NCBI GenBank assembly: GCA_041482475.1
Contig: JBGPDX010000001.1
Span: forward strand, 1-47,957
Length of the DNA stretch: 47,957 nucleotides
Source of the DNA: Candidatus Limnocylindria bacterium
GTDB taxonomy: Bacteria; Chloroflexota; Limnocylindria; Limnocylindrales; CSP1-4
Direction: 5' to 3'
Shown: one piece after another, positions 1 to 7,775 of the stretch
Position numbering within the stretch: the stretch's first letter is position 1
Layout: each line of letters starts with the position of its first letter
The notes under the pieces: generated by a model
The model's input: only the letters and a program-made list of their open reading frames with translations
What the model was told of the DNA's origin: nothing
Database searches by the model: none
Program-made: the position numbers and the translations under genes

Positions 1-704
1 GGGTCGGTGAACATCTCGGTATGGACGCCAAGGTCCCGCTTGGTCGACAGCGCCTGGGCAACGGCGACAGGGATGCCGCCGATGCCCATCTGGATGGTGG
101 CGCCGTCGGCGACGAGGTCAGCGACGTAGCCACCGATCCTGCGCTCGACCTCGCCGAGCGCGCCCGGGACGTACTCGTACGGCGGGACGTCCACCTCGAC
201 GGCGAGATCGATGTCGCTGACGTGGACGAAGCTGTCGCCGAGCGTTCGAGGCATCGATCGGTTCAGCTGAACGATGACCGTCCTGGCCGCTCGCATCGCC
301 GCATGCATCGCCTCGACGGACGTCCCAAGCGAGCAGAAGCCGTGCGCGTCCGGGGGCGTCGCGTTGACGAATGCGGCGTCGAGCTTGAGCGTCCCGGAGG
401 TGAACAGCCGCGGTACGTCGGACAGGAAGACCGGCACGTAGTCGGCGCGGCCCTCGTTGACCGCGGCGCGGGCGTTCGGTCCGATGAACAGGGCACGGTG
501 CCGGAAGTGCCCGTCCATCTCCGGCGCCAGGTGCGGCCCCGGACCTTCGCAGTGGAGGTGGACGACACCGACGTCCTTGAGCTCGGCGGCGCGAGCCACG
601 AGGGCGTCGAGCAGGACCGACGGCGTCGCCGCGGCACAGTGCAGATAGACCTGGTCGCCGCTTTTGACCCCCGACACCGCTTCTGACGCCGTGACGATCC
701 GCAT
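1..704 (-). CDS. acetyl-CoA hydrolase/transferase family protein (4-hydroxybutyrate CoA-transferase-like), N-terminal ~234 aa; the 3' end runs off the window
   Basis: Absent from the ORF track because it is edge-truncated. Reverse-strand ATG at 702-704, with GGAGG in 711-720. Hand translation gives MRIVTASEAVSGVKSGDQVYLHCAAATPSVLLDALV...FLSDVPRLF...GFCSLGTSVE...ADGATIQMGIGGIP, which are blocks typical of this family. Confidence 0.8.
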   Translation of the reverse strand, partial: MRIVTASEAVSGVKSGDQVYLHCAAATPSVLLDALVARAAELKDVGVVHLHCEGPGPHLAPEMDGHFRHRALFIGPNARAAVNEGRADYVPVFLSDVPRLFTSGTLKLDAAFVNATPPDAHGFCSLGTSVEAMHAAMRAARTVIVQLNRSMPRTLGDSFVHVSDIDLAVEVDVPPYEYVPGALGEVERRIGGYVADLVADGATIQMGIGGIPVAVAQALSTKRDLGVHTEMFTD

Positions 705-795
705 GACCTGGACAGCCTCCTGAAAACCCCGGTCGACGACACGGGCCAAAGGACCCGATCTTCGGACCGGTCGGTGGTTCGGTTGACGGTGGCCG

Positions 796-1461
796 CTAGC
801 GGTCGATCCGGCGCTTGGCGACGAACGCCGCCGCCTGGGCCCGACGCTCGAGGTTCAGCTTCGACAGGATCGAGCTGACGTAGTTCTTGACGGTCTTGTC
901 GGACAGGAAGACGTCGGTGGCGATCTCCTTGTTCGTCTTCCCCTCGGCGACCAGGAGGAGGATCTTCTGCTCCTGGGCGGTCAGCTGGGCAAGCTCGTCG
1001 GCGATCCCGCCTGTCGCCAGCCGGCGAATCCGCTCGAGAACCTTTTCGGTCACCGCCGGGTCGAGCAGCGACTCACCACGACCCACCGCTTCGAGCGCGG
1101 CGATGAGGTCGCGGCCTCGAATCTGCTTGAGGAGGTAGCCGGACGCCCCCGCGACGATCGCGGACAGCACCGCCTCCTCGTCCGGGTAGGAGGTCAGCAT
1201 CACGACCCGCGTCTGGGGCCGATCCGCCCGGATCTCGCGGCACGCCTCGATGCCGGTCCCGTCGGGGAGTCGGACGTCCATCACGACGATGTCCGGTTCG
1301 TGACGACGAGCCTGTTCCACGGCCTCGGCGACCGTCCCGGCCTCGGCGACGACCTGGAAGGCCTCGCGCCGATCGAGGAGGGCGACGAGACCCTGGCGGA
1401 CGACCTCGTGGTCGTCGACCACGAGCAGTCGCAGCGGGCGGGCGGGAACGACGTCAGTCAA
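796..1461 (-). CDS. NarL/LuxR-family response regulator (DevR/DosR-like)
   Basis: 221-aa ORF. Receiver domain (LRLLVVDDHEVVRQG, DIVVMDVRLPDG, VVMLTSY) plus LuxR HTH (LTAQEQKILLLVAEGKTNKEIA...SDKTVKNYVSSILSKL). The start codon at 1459-1461 is TTG and overlaps the kinase stop as TTGA. Confidence 0.9.
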   Translation of the reverse strand: MTDVVPARPLRLLVVDDHEVVRQGLVALLDRREAFQVVAEAGTVAEAVEQARRHEPDIVVMDVRLPDGTGIEACREIRADRPQTRVVMLTSYPDEEAVLSAIVAGASGYLLKQIRGRDLIAALEAVGRGESLLDPAVTEKVLERIRRLATGGIADELAQLTAQEQKILLLVAEGKTNKEIATDVFLSDKTVKNYVSSILSKLNLERRAQAAAFVAKRRIDR

Positions 1462-2729
1462 TCCGTCTGTTCCTCGAACGGTCCAACGGGCATCGTCACA
1501 ACGATACGCGTGCCGCGGCCGGCCTTGCTGTCGATCGCCAGCGTGGCGCCCAGGGCCGCGGCGCGCCGAGCCATGTTGCGCAGCCCAAGATGCCCCGCGG
1601 AGCGCGGTTCGGACGGGTCGAAGCCACGCCCGTTGTCGGCGATCTCGAGCGACAGCGATGTTCCCTCGCTGGCGACCGATATCCGGGCGGTCGAGGCGCC
1701 GGAATGCCTGGCGATATTGCTCAGGGCCTCGCGGGCGAGCTGGAGCAGCTCCCCCACTCCCCTGGCGTCGAGATCCTCTGCCCCCTGGGCCGAGGTGACG
1801 TCCAGCTCGACATCGACCGCCGCAGCGGCCCGCAGCTCCTCGACGAGGCCTGCCAGGCCGGCGGCCAGATCGCTACCGCCGGTCTCGTCGGCCGCGAGTC
1901 CCACGATGAACCGGCGGATATCGCGGGTCACGACATTGAGGCGGTCGATGGCCCGGTCGATTCGGGAGGCCGCCTCGGACCTGTCGGAGTCCATCAGCTC
2001 CGGAACGTCCTCGAGGGCGAGGACCACGCCGTAGATCGCCTGGATGATCCCGTCGTGGAGGTCCTTGCCGATGCGGTCGCGCTCGTCGACCAGTGCGAGT
2101 CGACGTACCTCGGCGTGGAGCCGGGCCCGCTCCACGGCAATCGCCGCGTGGATCGCGAACCTCTCGGTCAGGCGCTGGTCCGCCTCGCTGAATTCCGCGG
2201 CGCCCAGCTTGTTCGTCAGGTAGAGGTTGCCGATCGCTCGACCGCCAACGCTGACCGGGACGCCAAGGAACGACGACATCGCCGGGTGGTTGGGCGGGAA
2301 GCCGTATGAGTCGGGATGCCCGACAATGCTCGCGATTCGGTACGACCGCCCCTCGCGGATGATGAGCCCCAGCAGCCCGTGGCCCCGGGGTGGGGCTCCG
2401 ATTCGCTCGCGTTCCCTCGTCCCGATCCCACTCGTGATGAAACGCTCGATGCGCCCGCCGGTGTCGACGACGCCAAGGGCGGCATATTCCGCCCGCACCA
2501 GCTGACGCACCGTGTCGGCAATCAGCTGGAGCACGGTCTCGAGGTCGAGCACACCGGCGATGGCCCGGGTTGCGGCGTCCAGCGCCTCGAGCTGGTCGGA
2601 CAGGGAAGCGCCGCCCGGGCGTGCCCCTGGCGACGGCCTCGGAGTGCCTGCGTCTGCGCCGCCGGCTGCCCTGCCCCGCATCGTCACAGGCCCGAGCGTA
2701 GCAGCCACGAACGGACAGCCGAAGGACAC
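1458..2729 (-). CDS. sensor histidine kinase with one N-terminal GAF domain (HisKA_3 + HATPase_c; DevS/DosT-like)
   Basis: 423-aa ORF. GAF block (GHGLLGLIIREGRSYRI...GHPDSYGFPPNHPAMSSFLGVPV...IGNLYLTNK), H-box (DERDRIGKDLHDGIIQ) and ATPase N/G boxes (LSNIARHSGA, IADNGRGF, GHLGLRNM). The true start may be the internal ATG at 2681 (MRGRAAGG). Confidence 0.85.
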   Translation of the reverse strand: MSFGCPFVAATLGPVTMRGRAAGGADAGTPRPSPGARPGGASLSDQLEALDAATRAIAGVLDLETVLQLIADTVRQLVRAEYAALGVVDTGGRIERFITSGIGTRERERIGAPPRGHGLLGLIIREGRSYRIASIVGHPDSYGFPPNHPAMSSFLGVPVSVGGRAIGNLYLTNKLGAAEFSEADQRLTERFAIHAAIAVERARLHAEVRRLALVDERDRIGKDLHDGIIQAIYGVVLALEDVPELMDSDRSEAASRIDRAIDRLNVVTRDIRRFIVGLAADETGGSDLAAGLAGLVEELRAAAAVDVELDVTSAQGAEDLDARGVGELLQLAREALSNIARHSGASTARISVASEGTSLSLEIADNGRGFDPSEPRSAGHLGLRNMARRAAALGATLAIDSKAGRGTRIVVTMPVGPFEEQTD

Positions 2730-2794
2730 TCGGCCCCCGCGAACGGGCCGGACGTCCCTTCTCGCCCGAGGGCGCCGGGCCGACGATCTCCGCC

Positions 2795-4087
2795 ATGTAT
2801 CCAGAGCCCCCGGCTCCCCTGACCGATCTGCCGGGGCCCGAACACGCGTCGGCGGTCACCTTCGAGCGACGTTCGCTGTCCCGCCGCGGGTTTCTCAGGA
2901 CCGCCACCCTGACCGGTGGCGGTCTCGTCGCCGCGGGGGTCGCGGCCTGCGCTCCCGCCGCAGCCGCTCCAACGTGGACCTTCGGGCCTCCTCTCCAGGC
3001 TCCAACGGCTGCCGCCGGGACGGCTCCGTCCTCGCCTCCCGAAACGCACGGCCCCGATCAGGCGTCGCCCTCGCCGACTTCCGCTGGCGCGGTCGACCAC
3101 GACGCCATCGCGCTCGCCGTCGTGAAGCGGTTCCTCGGCGGCGAATACGGCCAGGTCGACGGCGCCGGCAATCAGCCGTTGAAGCCCACGCTGGACGGGA
3201 ACGTCAAGGTCTTCGACATCAGCATCGACCGGATCAGCCACCGTATCGACGCCCAGAAGCCCGCCCTCCAGGCGCTCGGCTACAACGGGACGTGGCCGGG
3301 ACCGCGGCTGGATGTCGTCGAGGGGGACCCGGTCCGGGTGACCTTCCGCAACAACCTCGACGAGTCGACAGGGGTCCACTTTCACGGCCAGCGGGTCCCG
3401 AACCGGATGGACGGTGTCCCGCACCTGACCCAGGATCCGATCCAGCCGGGCGCGAGCTTCACCTACGAGTTCGTCGCCAGGACCGTCGGCTCACACATGT
3501 ACCACTCACACCACAACGCGACGGATCAGGTCGGCCGAGGGCTGCTGGGAGCGTTCATCGTCCATCCGGGCGACCCCGCGAAGGGCTACGAGCGGGCGTT
3601 CGGCGTCAGCCAGGACATCGTCTGGATCAGCAACGACTCCCTGGGCGGCTTCACGATCAATGGTCGGGGATTCCCGGCGACCGCGCCGATCGTGGCCAGG
3701 AAGGGCGAGCGCATCCTCGTTCGGTTCATGAACGAGGGGATCATGACGCACCCGTGGCACCTGCACGGGATGCCGATGCGGATCGTCGCGCGCGACGGGT
3801 ATCCCCTTGGACCAGCCTCGTTCCTGTGCGACACGCTCGGCGTCAATCCGGGTGAACGCTGGGACGCGATCATCGACTGCGACGACGTCGGCGCGTGGGC
3901 CTTCCACTGCCACATCCTGCCCCACGTCGAAGGGCGCGACGGCATGTACGGCATGGTGACCGCGCTGGTCATCCAGGATGGCGCCGCGGCCTCCCTGGAG
4001 ACGGCGACCGGGGCCACGCCGGTCCTCGCGGCGGCGTCTGCCGCGGGCTCGACGGCGTTCGCCTGCCGCCTCCCCGGCGCGGGCTAG
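2795..4087 (+). CDS. Tat-exported multicopper oxidase (cupredoxin domains)
   Basis: 430-aa ORF. Twin-arginine signal (SLSRRGFLRTATLTGGGLVAAGVAAC). All four copper motifs are present: HFHG, YHSHH, HPWHLHG and HCHILPHVEGRDGM. Confidence 0.85.
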   Translation: MYPEPPAPLTDLPGPEHASAVTFERRSLSRRGFLRTATLTGGGLVAAGVAACAPAAAAPTWTFGPPLQAPTAAAGTAPSSPPETHGPDQASPSPTSAGAVDHDAIALAVVKRFLGGEYGQVDGAGNQPLKPTLDGNVKVFDISIDRISHRIDAQKPALQALGYNGTWPGPRLDVVEGDPVRVTFRNNLDESTGVHFHGQRVPNRMDGVPHLTQDPIQPGASFTYEFVARTVGSHMYHSHHNATDQVGRGLLGAFIVHPGDPAKGYERAFGVSQDIVWISNDSLGGFTINGRGFPATAPIVARKGERILVRFMNEGIMTHPWHLHGMPMRIVARDGYPLGPASFLCDTLGVNPGERWDAIIDCDDVGAWAFHCHILPHVEGRDGMYGMVTALVIQDGAAASLETATGATPVLAAASAAGSTAFACRLPGAG

Positions 4088-4095
4088 CCGCTGCC

Positions 4096-4632
4096 ATGGA
4101 ACGCCCGCTCGCCTTGCTCGGCCGGCCGCTTCCGCTTCGGCGCATCCGGCGGATCCTCCTCGCGACGGACCTGTCGACCACCTCTGACGAGGCGACGGCG
4201 AGGGCCCTCGAATTCGCCTCGGGGTTCGGGGCGACCTTGCTGGCAGTCAGCGTCATCGACCCGCGAACGCTGCAGCTGGTGGGAGAATCGAGGCTCCGGG
4301 TCGACCAGGTCCGCGGCATCCGCGAGAATGCCGTTCACGATCTCATCGATCGCGGGCGCGAGCTTGGGATCAAGGTCGATTACCTCATCTGGCAGGGCGA
4401 CCCTGGCGAGGCCATCGTGGACGCAGCGCGTGCGGAGCAGGCGGACCTGATCGTCGTCGGCAGCCACGGCCGCGGGGTCGTCAGCCGATTCCTGATCGGG
4501 AGCGTTTCCGACCACGTCGTTCGTCACGCGTCCGTTCCCGTGCTCGTCGTGCGGCCGCACCGGATTGACGGGCAGGCTTTCGCGGCCGAGGCGCCAGGCG
4601 ACATCGGGTCCTCTGGACCGCCGAACGTGTGA
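4096..4632 (+). CDS. universal stress protein (UspA family)
   Basis: Internal ATG at 4096 of ORF 3895..4632, 8 nt after the oxidase stop. Sequence RRILLATDLS...LLAVSVID...ADLIVVGSHGRGVVSRFLIGSVSDHVVRHASVPVLVV is a classic USP fold with its ATP-binding motif. Confidence 0.85.
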   Translation: MERPLALLGRPLPLRRIRRILLATDLSTTSDEATARALEFASGFGATLLAVSVIDPRTLQLVGESRLRVDQVRGIRENAVHDLIDRGRELGIKVDYLIWQGDPGEAIVDAARAEQADLIVVGSHGRGVVSRFLIGSVSDHVVRHASVPVLVVRPHRIDGQAFAAEAPGDIGSSGPPNV

Positions 4633-4673
4633 CGTTCGACCCTCCGCGCGTGGCAGGTGCCCGGCGGAGAGTA

Positions 4674-4713
4674 GGGCCCACGGAGTCGCCGGGCCCACGG
4701 AGTCGCCGGCCCG
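4674..4713. repeat. 17-bp tandem direct repeat, 2 full copies plus a partial third (GGGCCCACGGAGTCGCC)
   Basis: Read directly: 4674-4690 and 4691-4707 are identical, and GGCCCG follows. It lies about 30 nt upstream of the DoxX-like gene start. Confidence 0.85.
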
Positions 4714-4741
4714 CCAACCGGCTCCCGAACGGTGAGGTCAA

Positions 4742-5494
4742 ATGATGTCTGCGCTGCGCCGATTGGTAGTCCCGATCGGGGTGATCGCCGCCCTGCTGCT
4801 GTTCTACCTGGTCAACCCGTGGGTCAATCCCGACGGCTCGCTCCTCCAGGCGGTGACCGTTGCCTTCTGGGTCGCGTCGATCGTGCTGGTGGTCGCCCTG
4901 TTCGAGGACCGCAAGGATCCGGCGAGCGATGAAATCGAGATCGAAGGCCCCTCCTTCGCGCGATTCCTGTTCAACAACTCGCGGGCCGGCCTCCTGTGGC
5001 TGCCGATCCGGATCTTCGTCGGCTTCGAATGGCTGGACGCCGGCACGCACAAGCTGACGGGCGCAGGCTGGCTCGACGGAGGCTCGTCGCTCCTGGGCTT
5101 CTGGCAATCCGCCGTGAAGATTCCTGACACGGGCCGGCCGGCGATCACCTTCGAGTGGTATCGCGGCTTCCTCCAGATCCTCATCGACAATCACGCCCAA
5201 ACGTGGTTCTCGTACGTGATCGTGTTCGGCGAGATCGCCGTCGGGGTGGCGCTTGTCGTCGGCGCGCTGACCGGCGTCGCCGCCTTCTTCGGCGCCTTCA
5301 TGAACATGTCGTTCCTCCTGGCCGGCTCGGCCTCGACCAATCCCGTCATGTTCACGCTCGCCGTGGGCCTGATCCTCGCCTGGAAGGTCGCCGGGTACTA
5401 CGGCCTCGATCGGTACCTGCTGCCGATGCTGGGCACGCCCTGGCGACGCGGTGCGTTGTTCCCGCGCCCGCAACCACGCGCTTCCGCAACCTGA
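4742..5494 (+). CDS. DoxX/DoxD-like integral membrane protein
   Basis: 250-aa ORF with multiple hydrophobic helices. The central block FARFLFNNSRAGLLWLPIRIFVGFEWLDAGTHKL...VIVFGEIAVGVALVVGALTGVAAFFGAFMNMSFLLAG resembles DoxX/DoxD (thiosulfate:quinone oxidoreductase subunit-like) proteins. Confidence 0.75.
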   Translation: MMSALRRLVVPIGVIAALLLFYLVNPWVNPDGSLLQAVTVAFWVASIVLVVALFEDRKDPASDEIEIEGPSFARFLFNNSRAGLLWLPIRIFVGFEWLDAGTHKLTGAGWLDGGSSLLGFWQSAVKIPDTGRPAITFEWYRGFLQILIDNHAQTWFSYVIVFGEIAVGVALVVGALTGVAAFFGAFMNMSFLLAGSASTNPVMFTLAVGLILAWKVAGYYGLDRYLLPMLGTPWRRGALFPRPQPRASAT

Positions 5495-5575
5495 CCCGCC
5501 GCGCCGGCGGGTGAGGCGGACAGGGCACGACGGTGTGACCATCGGCGCAGTCGCGCACGGCGACACTCACCAACC

Positions 5576-5607
5576 GACGGCGGCAGGCCAGGAGGCCTGC
5601 CGCCGTC
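5576..5607 (+). terminator. intrinsic-terminator-like hairpin downstream of the DoxX-like gene
   Basis: Perfect 14-bp stem GACGGCGGCAGGCC / GGCCTGCCGCCGTC with a 4-nt loop AGGA, followed by CTTCCTGCC. It sits about 80 nt after the stop at 5494. Confidence 0.6.
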
Positions 5608-5754
5608 CTTCCTGCCGGGATCCGGGAGCTTCGGCAGGTGAGGGAGTGGCCGCCCGGCCCTGTCGCCCGGCCCACTGTCGCCGCGACACTGGTGCATGAC
5701 CGGGACCTGGCCGGCGGCCAGGGCTCGGATCGCAACGCCACAGGAGGACGGAAG

Positions 5755-6255
5755 ATGCGAATCCTCGTCAGCACCGCGTCGAAGCACGGCGCGACGGCGG
5801 AAATCGGCGACGCCATAGGCCAGGCTCTCCGCGCCGGTGGGGCCGATGTCGTGACGCTCCCGCCGGAACGCGTCGCAACCCTCGACGGCTTCGACGCCGT
5901 GGTCCTCGGCAGCGCCGTGTACGCCGGGCGTTGGCTGGATTCCGCCAAGGACTTCCTCGCTCGCCACGAGGCGGCACTGAAGTCGCGCCCGGTGTGGCTT
6001 TTCTCCAGCGGGCCGCTCGGCGACCCGCCGATGCCGGCCGGCGACCCGGCCGACATGGCCTCGCTCCGGAGTTTCAGCGCGCAGGAACCACGCGTCTTCG
6101 CCGGTCAGCTCGACAAGGGCGGGCTGGGCCTGGTCGAGCGGGCGATGGTTGCCGCCGTCCGCGCCCCGGAAGGCGACTTCCGGCAGTGGGACGAGATCCG
6201 GGCCTGGGCCGGGGAGATCCTGGCCGCCCTCCAGCCTGTGGCCCCGGCGCCGTGA
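5755..6255 (+). CDS. flavodoxin-like domain protein (HemG/Flavodoxin_5-like)
   Basis: Internal ATG at 5755 preceded by AGGAGGA. Sequence MRILVSTASKHGATAEIGDAIG...FDAVVLGSAVYAGRWL...PVWLFSSGPLG. Confidence 0.8.
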   Translation: MRILVSTASKHGATAEIGDAIGQALRAGGADVVTLPPERVATLDGFDAVVLGSAVYAGRWLDSAKDFLARHEAALKSRPVWLFSSGPLGDPPMPAGDPADMASLRSFSAQEPRVFAGQLDKGGLGLVERAMVAAVRAPEGDFRQWDEIRAWAGEILAALQPVAPAP

Positions 6256-6325
6256 CGCCTGACCGTTCGGCCGGGGCCCGGTCCCGGCAACCCGAGCCGA
6301 ACGGCCAGCAGGACCGTTGACAGCC

Positions 6326-7138
6326 ATGCCACGCCGTTCACGCCGATCGGCCACGACGCGTAACGAGCCTCGCCGCCTCGATCGCGGGCAGCCGACCCGG
6401 AAGCGGCCGACAGCCGCGGTGCGTCACGCCACCGTCTGGCGGTCGCCGGTCATGCTCGTCTCGGGTCTTGCCCTGGCGGCAGCCGTGATCGTGACGATCG
6501 CGCTCGCCCAGAAGGCTGCGCCGCCCAGAGGCAGCGGGACGGACGGGCTTGTGCTGTCGACGACCTCCTACCCGCAGGGCTTGATCAGCGGGCAGGCGCT
6601 CGGGAGGCTGGACGCGCCGGTCACCCTCGAGGTGTGGTCGGATTTCCAGTGCCCGTACTGCGGCATGTTTGCGCGGACCTACCTGCCTCGCCTGGTATCC
6701 GATTTCGTGGCCGCCGGTCAGCTCCGGATCGTGGCCCGCGACGTCGCCTTCGTCGATCGCGGCACGTCGACCGAATCCGCCGATGCCGCGGTCGCTGCCG
6801 CCTGTTCCGCGGACCAGGGAAGGTACTGGCAGTACCACGATCTGCTGTTCTGGAATCAGAACGGCGAGAACAACGGCGCGTTCGACGACAACCGTCTCGG
6901 CGCCATGGCGGACAAGCTCGTCCTCGATCGCCCGTCCTGGGACGCCTGCCGCGCTGATCCGAAGCGCGCGCGAGCCGTCGCGGCGACGACCTCGGATGCG
7001 GTCGCCGCCGGCATCAACTCGACCCCGACCCTCGTGTTGAACGGCGCCGTCAACGCCGGCCTGCCCCGGACCTACGACGACCTCGCGAACGCGATTCGCG
7101 CCCGGCTCGCACCAACACCGGGCCCTTCTGCATCGTGA
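6326..7138 (+). CDS. DsbA-family thiol:disulfide oxidoreductase, membrane-anchored or secreted
   Basis: Thioredoxin-fold CxxC motif (VWSDFQCPYCGMF) and an N-terminal hydrophobic segment (MLVSGLALAAAVIVTIALA). The first ATG is at 6326; the track ORF starts at TTG 6317. Confidence 0.85.
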   Translation: MPRRSRRSATTRNEPRRLDRGQPTRKRPTAAVRHATVWRSPVMLVSGLALAAAVIVTIALAQKAAPPRGSGTDGLVLSTTSYPQGLISGQALGRLDAPVTLEVWSDFQCPYCGMFARTYLPRLVSDFVAAGQLRIVARDVAFVDRGTSTESADAAVAAACSADQGRYWQYHDLLFWNQNGENNGAFDDNRLGAMADKLVLDRPSWDACRADPKRARAVAATTSDAVAAGINSTPTLVLNGAVNAGLPRTYDDLANAIRARLAPTPGPSAS

Positions 7139-7551
7139 CGAATCGACGGACGGGCCAGGCCGGCGCCGTCGTCGCGGTGGCGGGTCTTGCCGTGGCCGGC
7201 TATCTCACCGTCGTGAAGCTGTCGGGACAGCTGCCGGCCTGCGGTCCGCTCCGCGGCTGCGAAACGGTCGCCCTGTCGGAGTACAGCGACATCGCCGGGA
7301 TCCCGCTGGCCGTGCTCGGTCTGCTGTTCTCCGCGCTCGTGGCGCTGCTCCAGCTCGCCTGGTGGCGACTCGGCTCGCGTCCGGCACTGGTCGGGGCATA
7401 TGGCCTCGGGCTGGCCGGCGTGCTGGTCATCGGCTACCTGACGTACCTGGAGTTGTTCGTCATCGGCGCCGTCTGCGTCTGGTGCGTGGCCTATGGCGCG
7501 ACCGTGGTCGTCGGCTGGGCGATCGCGGCCCTCGCCCTTCGCCGAGCCTGA
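7135..7551 (+). CDS. vitamin K epoxide reductase (VKOR) family membrane protein
   Basis: 138 aa with four hydrophobic helices, loop cysteines (PACGPLRGC) and a CxxC in the last helix (CVWC). The GTG start overlaps the DsbA stop as GTGA. Confidence 0.85.
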   Translation: MTNRRTGQAGAVVAVAGLAVAGYLTVVKLSGQLPACGPLRGCETVALSEYSDIAGIPLAVLGLLFSALVALLQLAWWRLGSRPALVGAYGLGLAGVLVIGYLTYLELFVIGAVCVWCVAYGATVVVGWAIAALALRRA

Positions 7552-7775
7552 CAGTCGGCTCCCTCACGGTCGATCGCCGAACGGGCCGCCAGCCTGGCGG
7601 CACGACGGCTGATCGATGACCGGCGGGCAGGGAGGTACACTCCGGGACCCGCCGGCCGGGACGGCGGCGCTCAGCTCGGAGGACGGGCGATGCTGGCCGA
7701 CCTCTCGTTCCGCGGTCTCCTCCTCGTCGCCCCGACGTCGGTCGTCGGGCTCGCGGCGCGCCGCGGAGGATCCCG

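Noticed and set aside
2750-2757. GGACGTCC palindrome between the kinase and the multicopper oxidase as a possible DosR box
   Set aside because: It is only 8 bp. Its half-site spacing does not match the ~20-bp DosR consensus (GGGACT-n-AGTCCC) as I remember it. Such a palindrome is expected by chance in GC-rich DNA.
3895-4095. N-terminal 67 codons of ORF 3895..4632, extending the USP gene into the oxidase gene
   Set aside because: This part is R/G/P-rich and overlaps the 3' end of the multicopper oxidase in another frame. The USP fold begins right after the ATG at 4096.
7585-7601. Short hairpin GCCGCCA-gcc-TGGCGGC after the VKOR gene as a terminator
   Set aside because: It has only a 7-bp stem with a 3-nt loop and no U-tract. 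This is too weak to report as a feature, although the 224-bp gap before the glycosidase gene probably does contain a terminator and a promoter.
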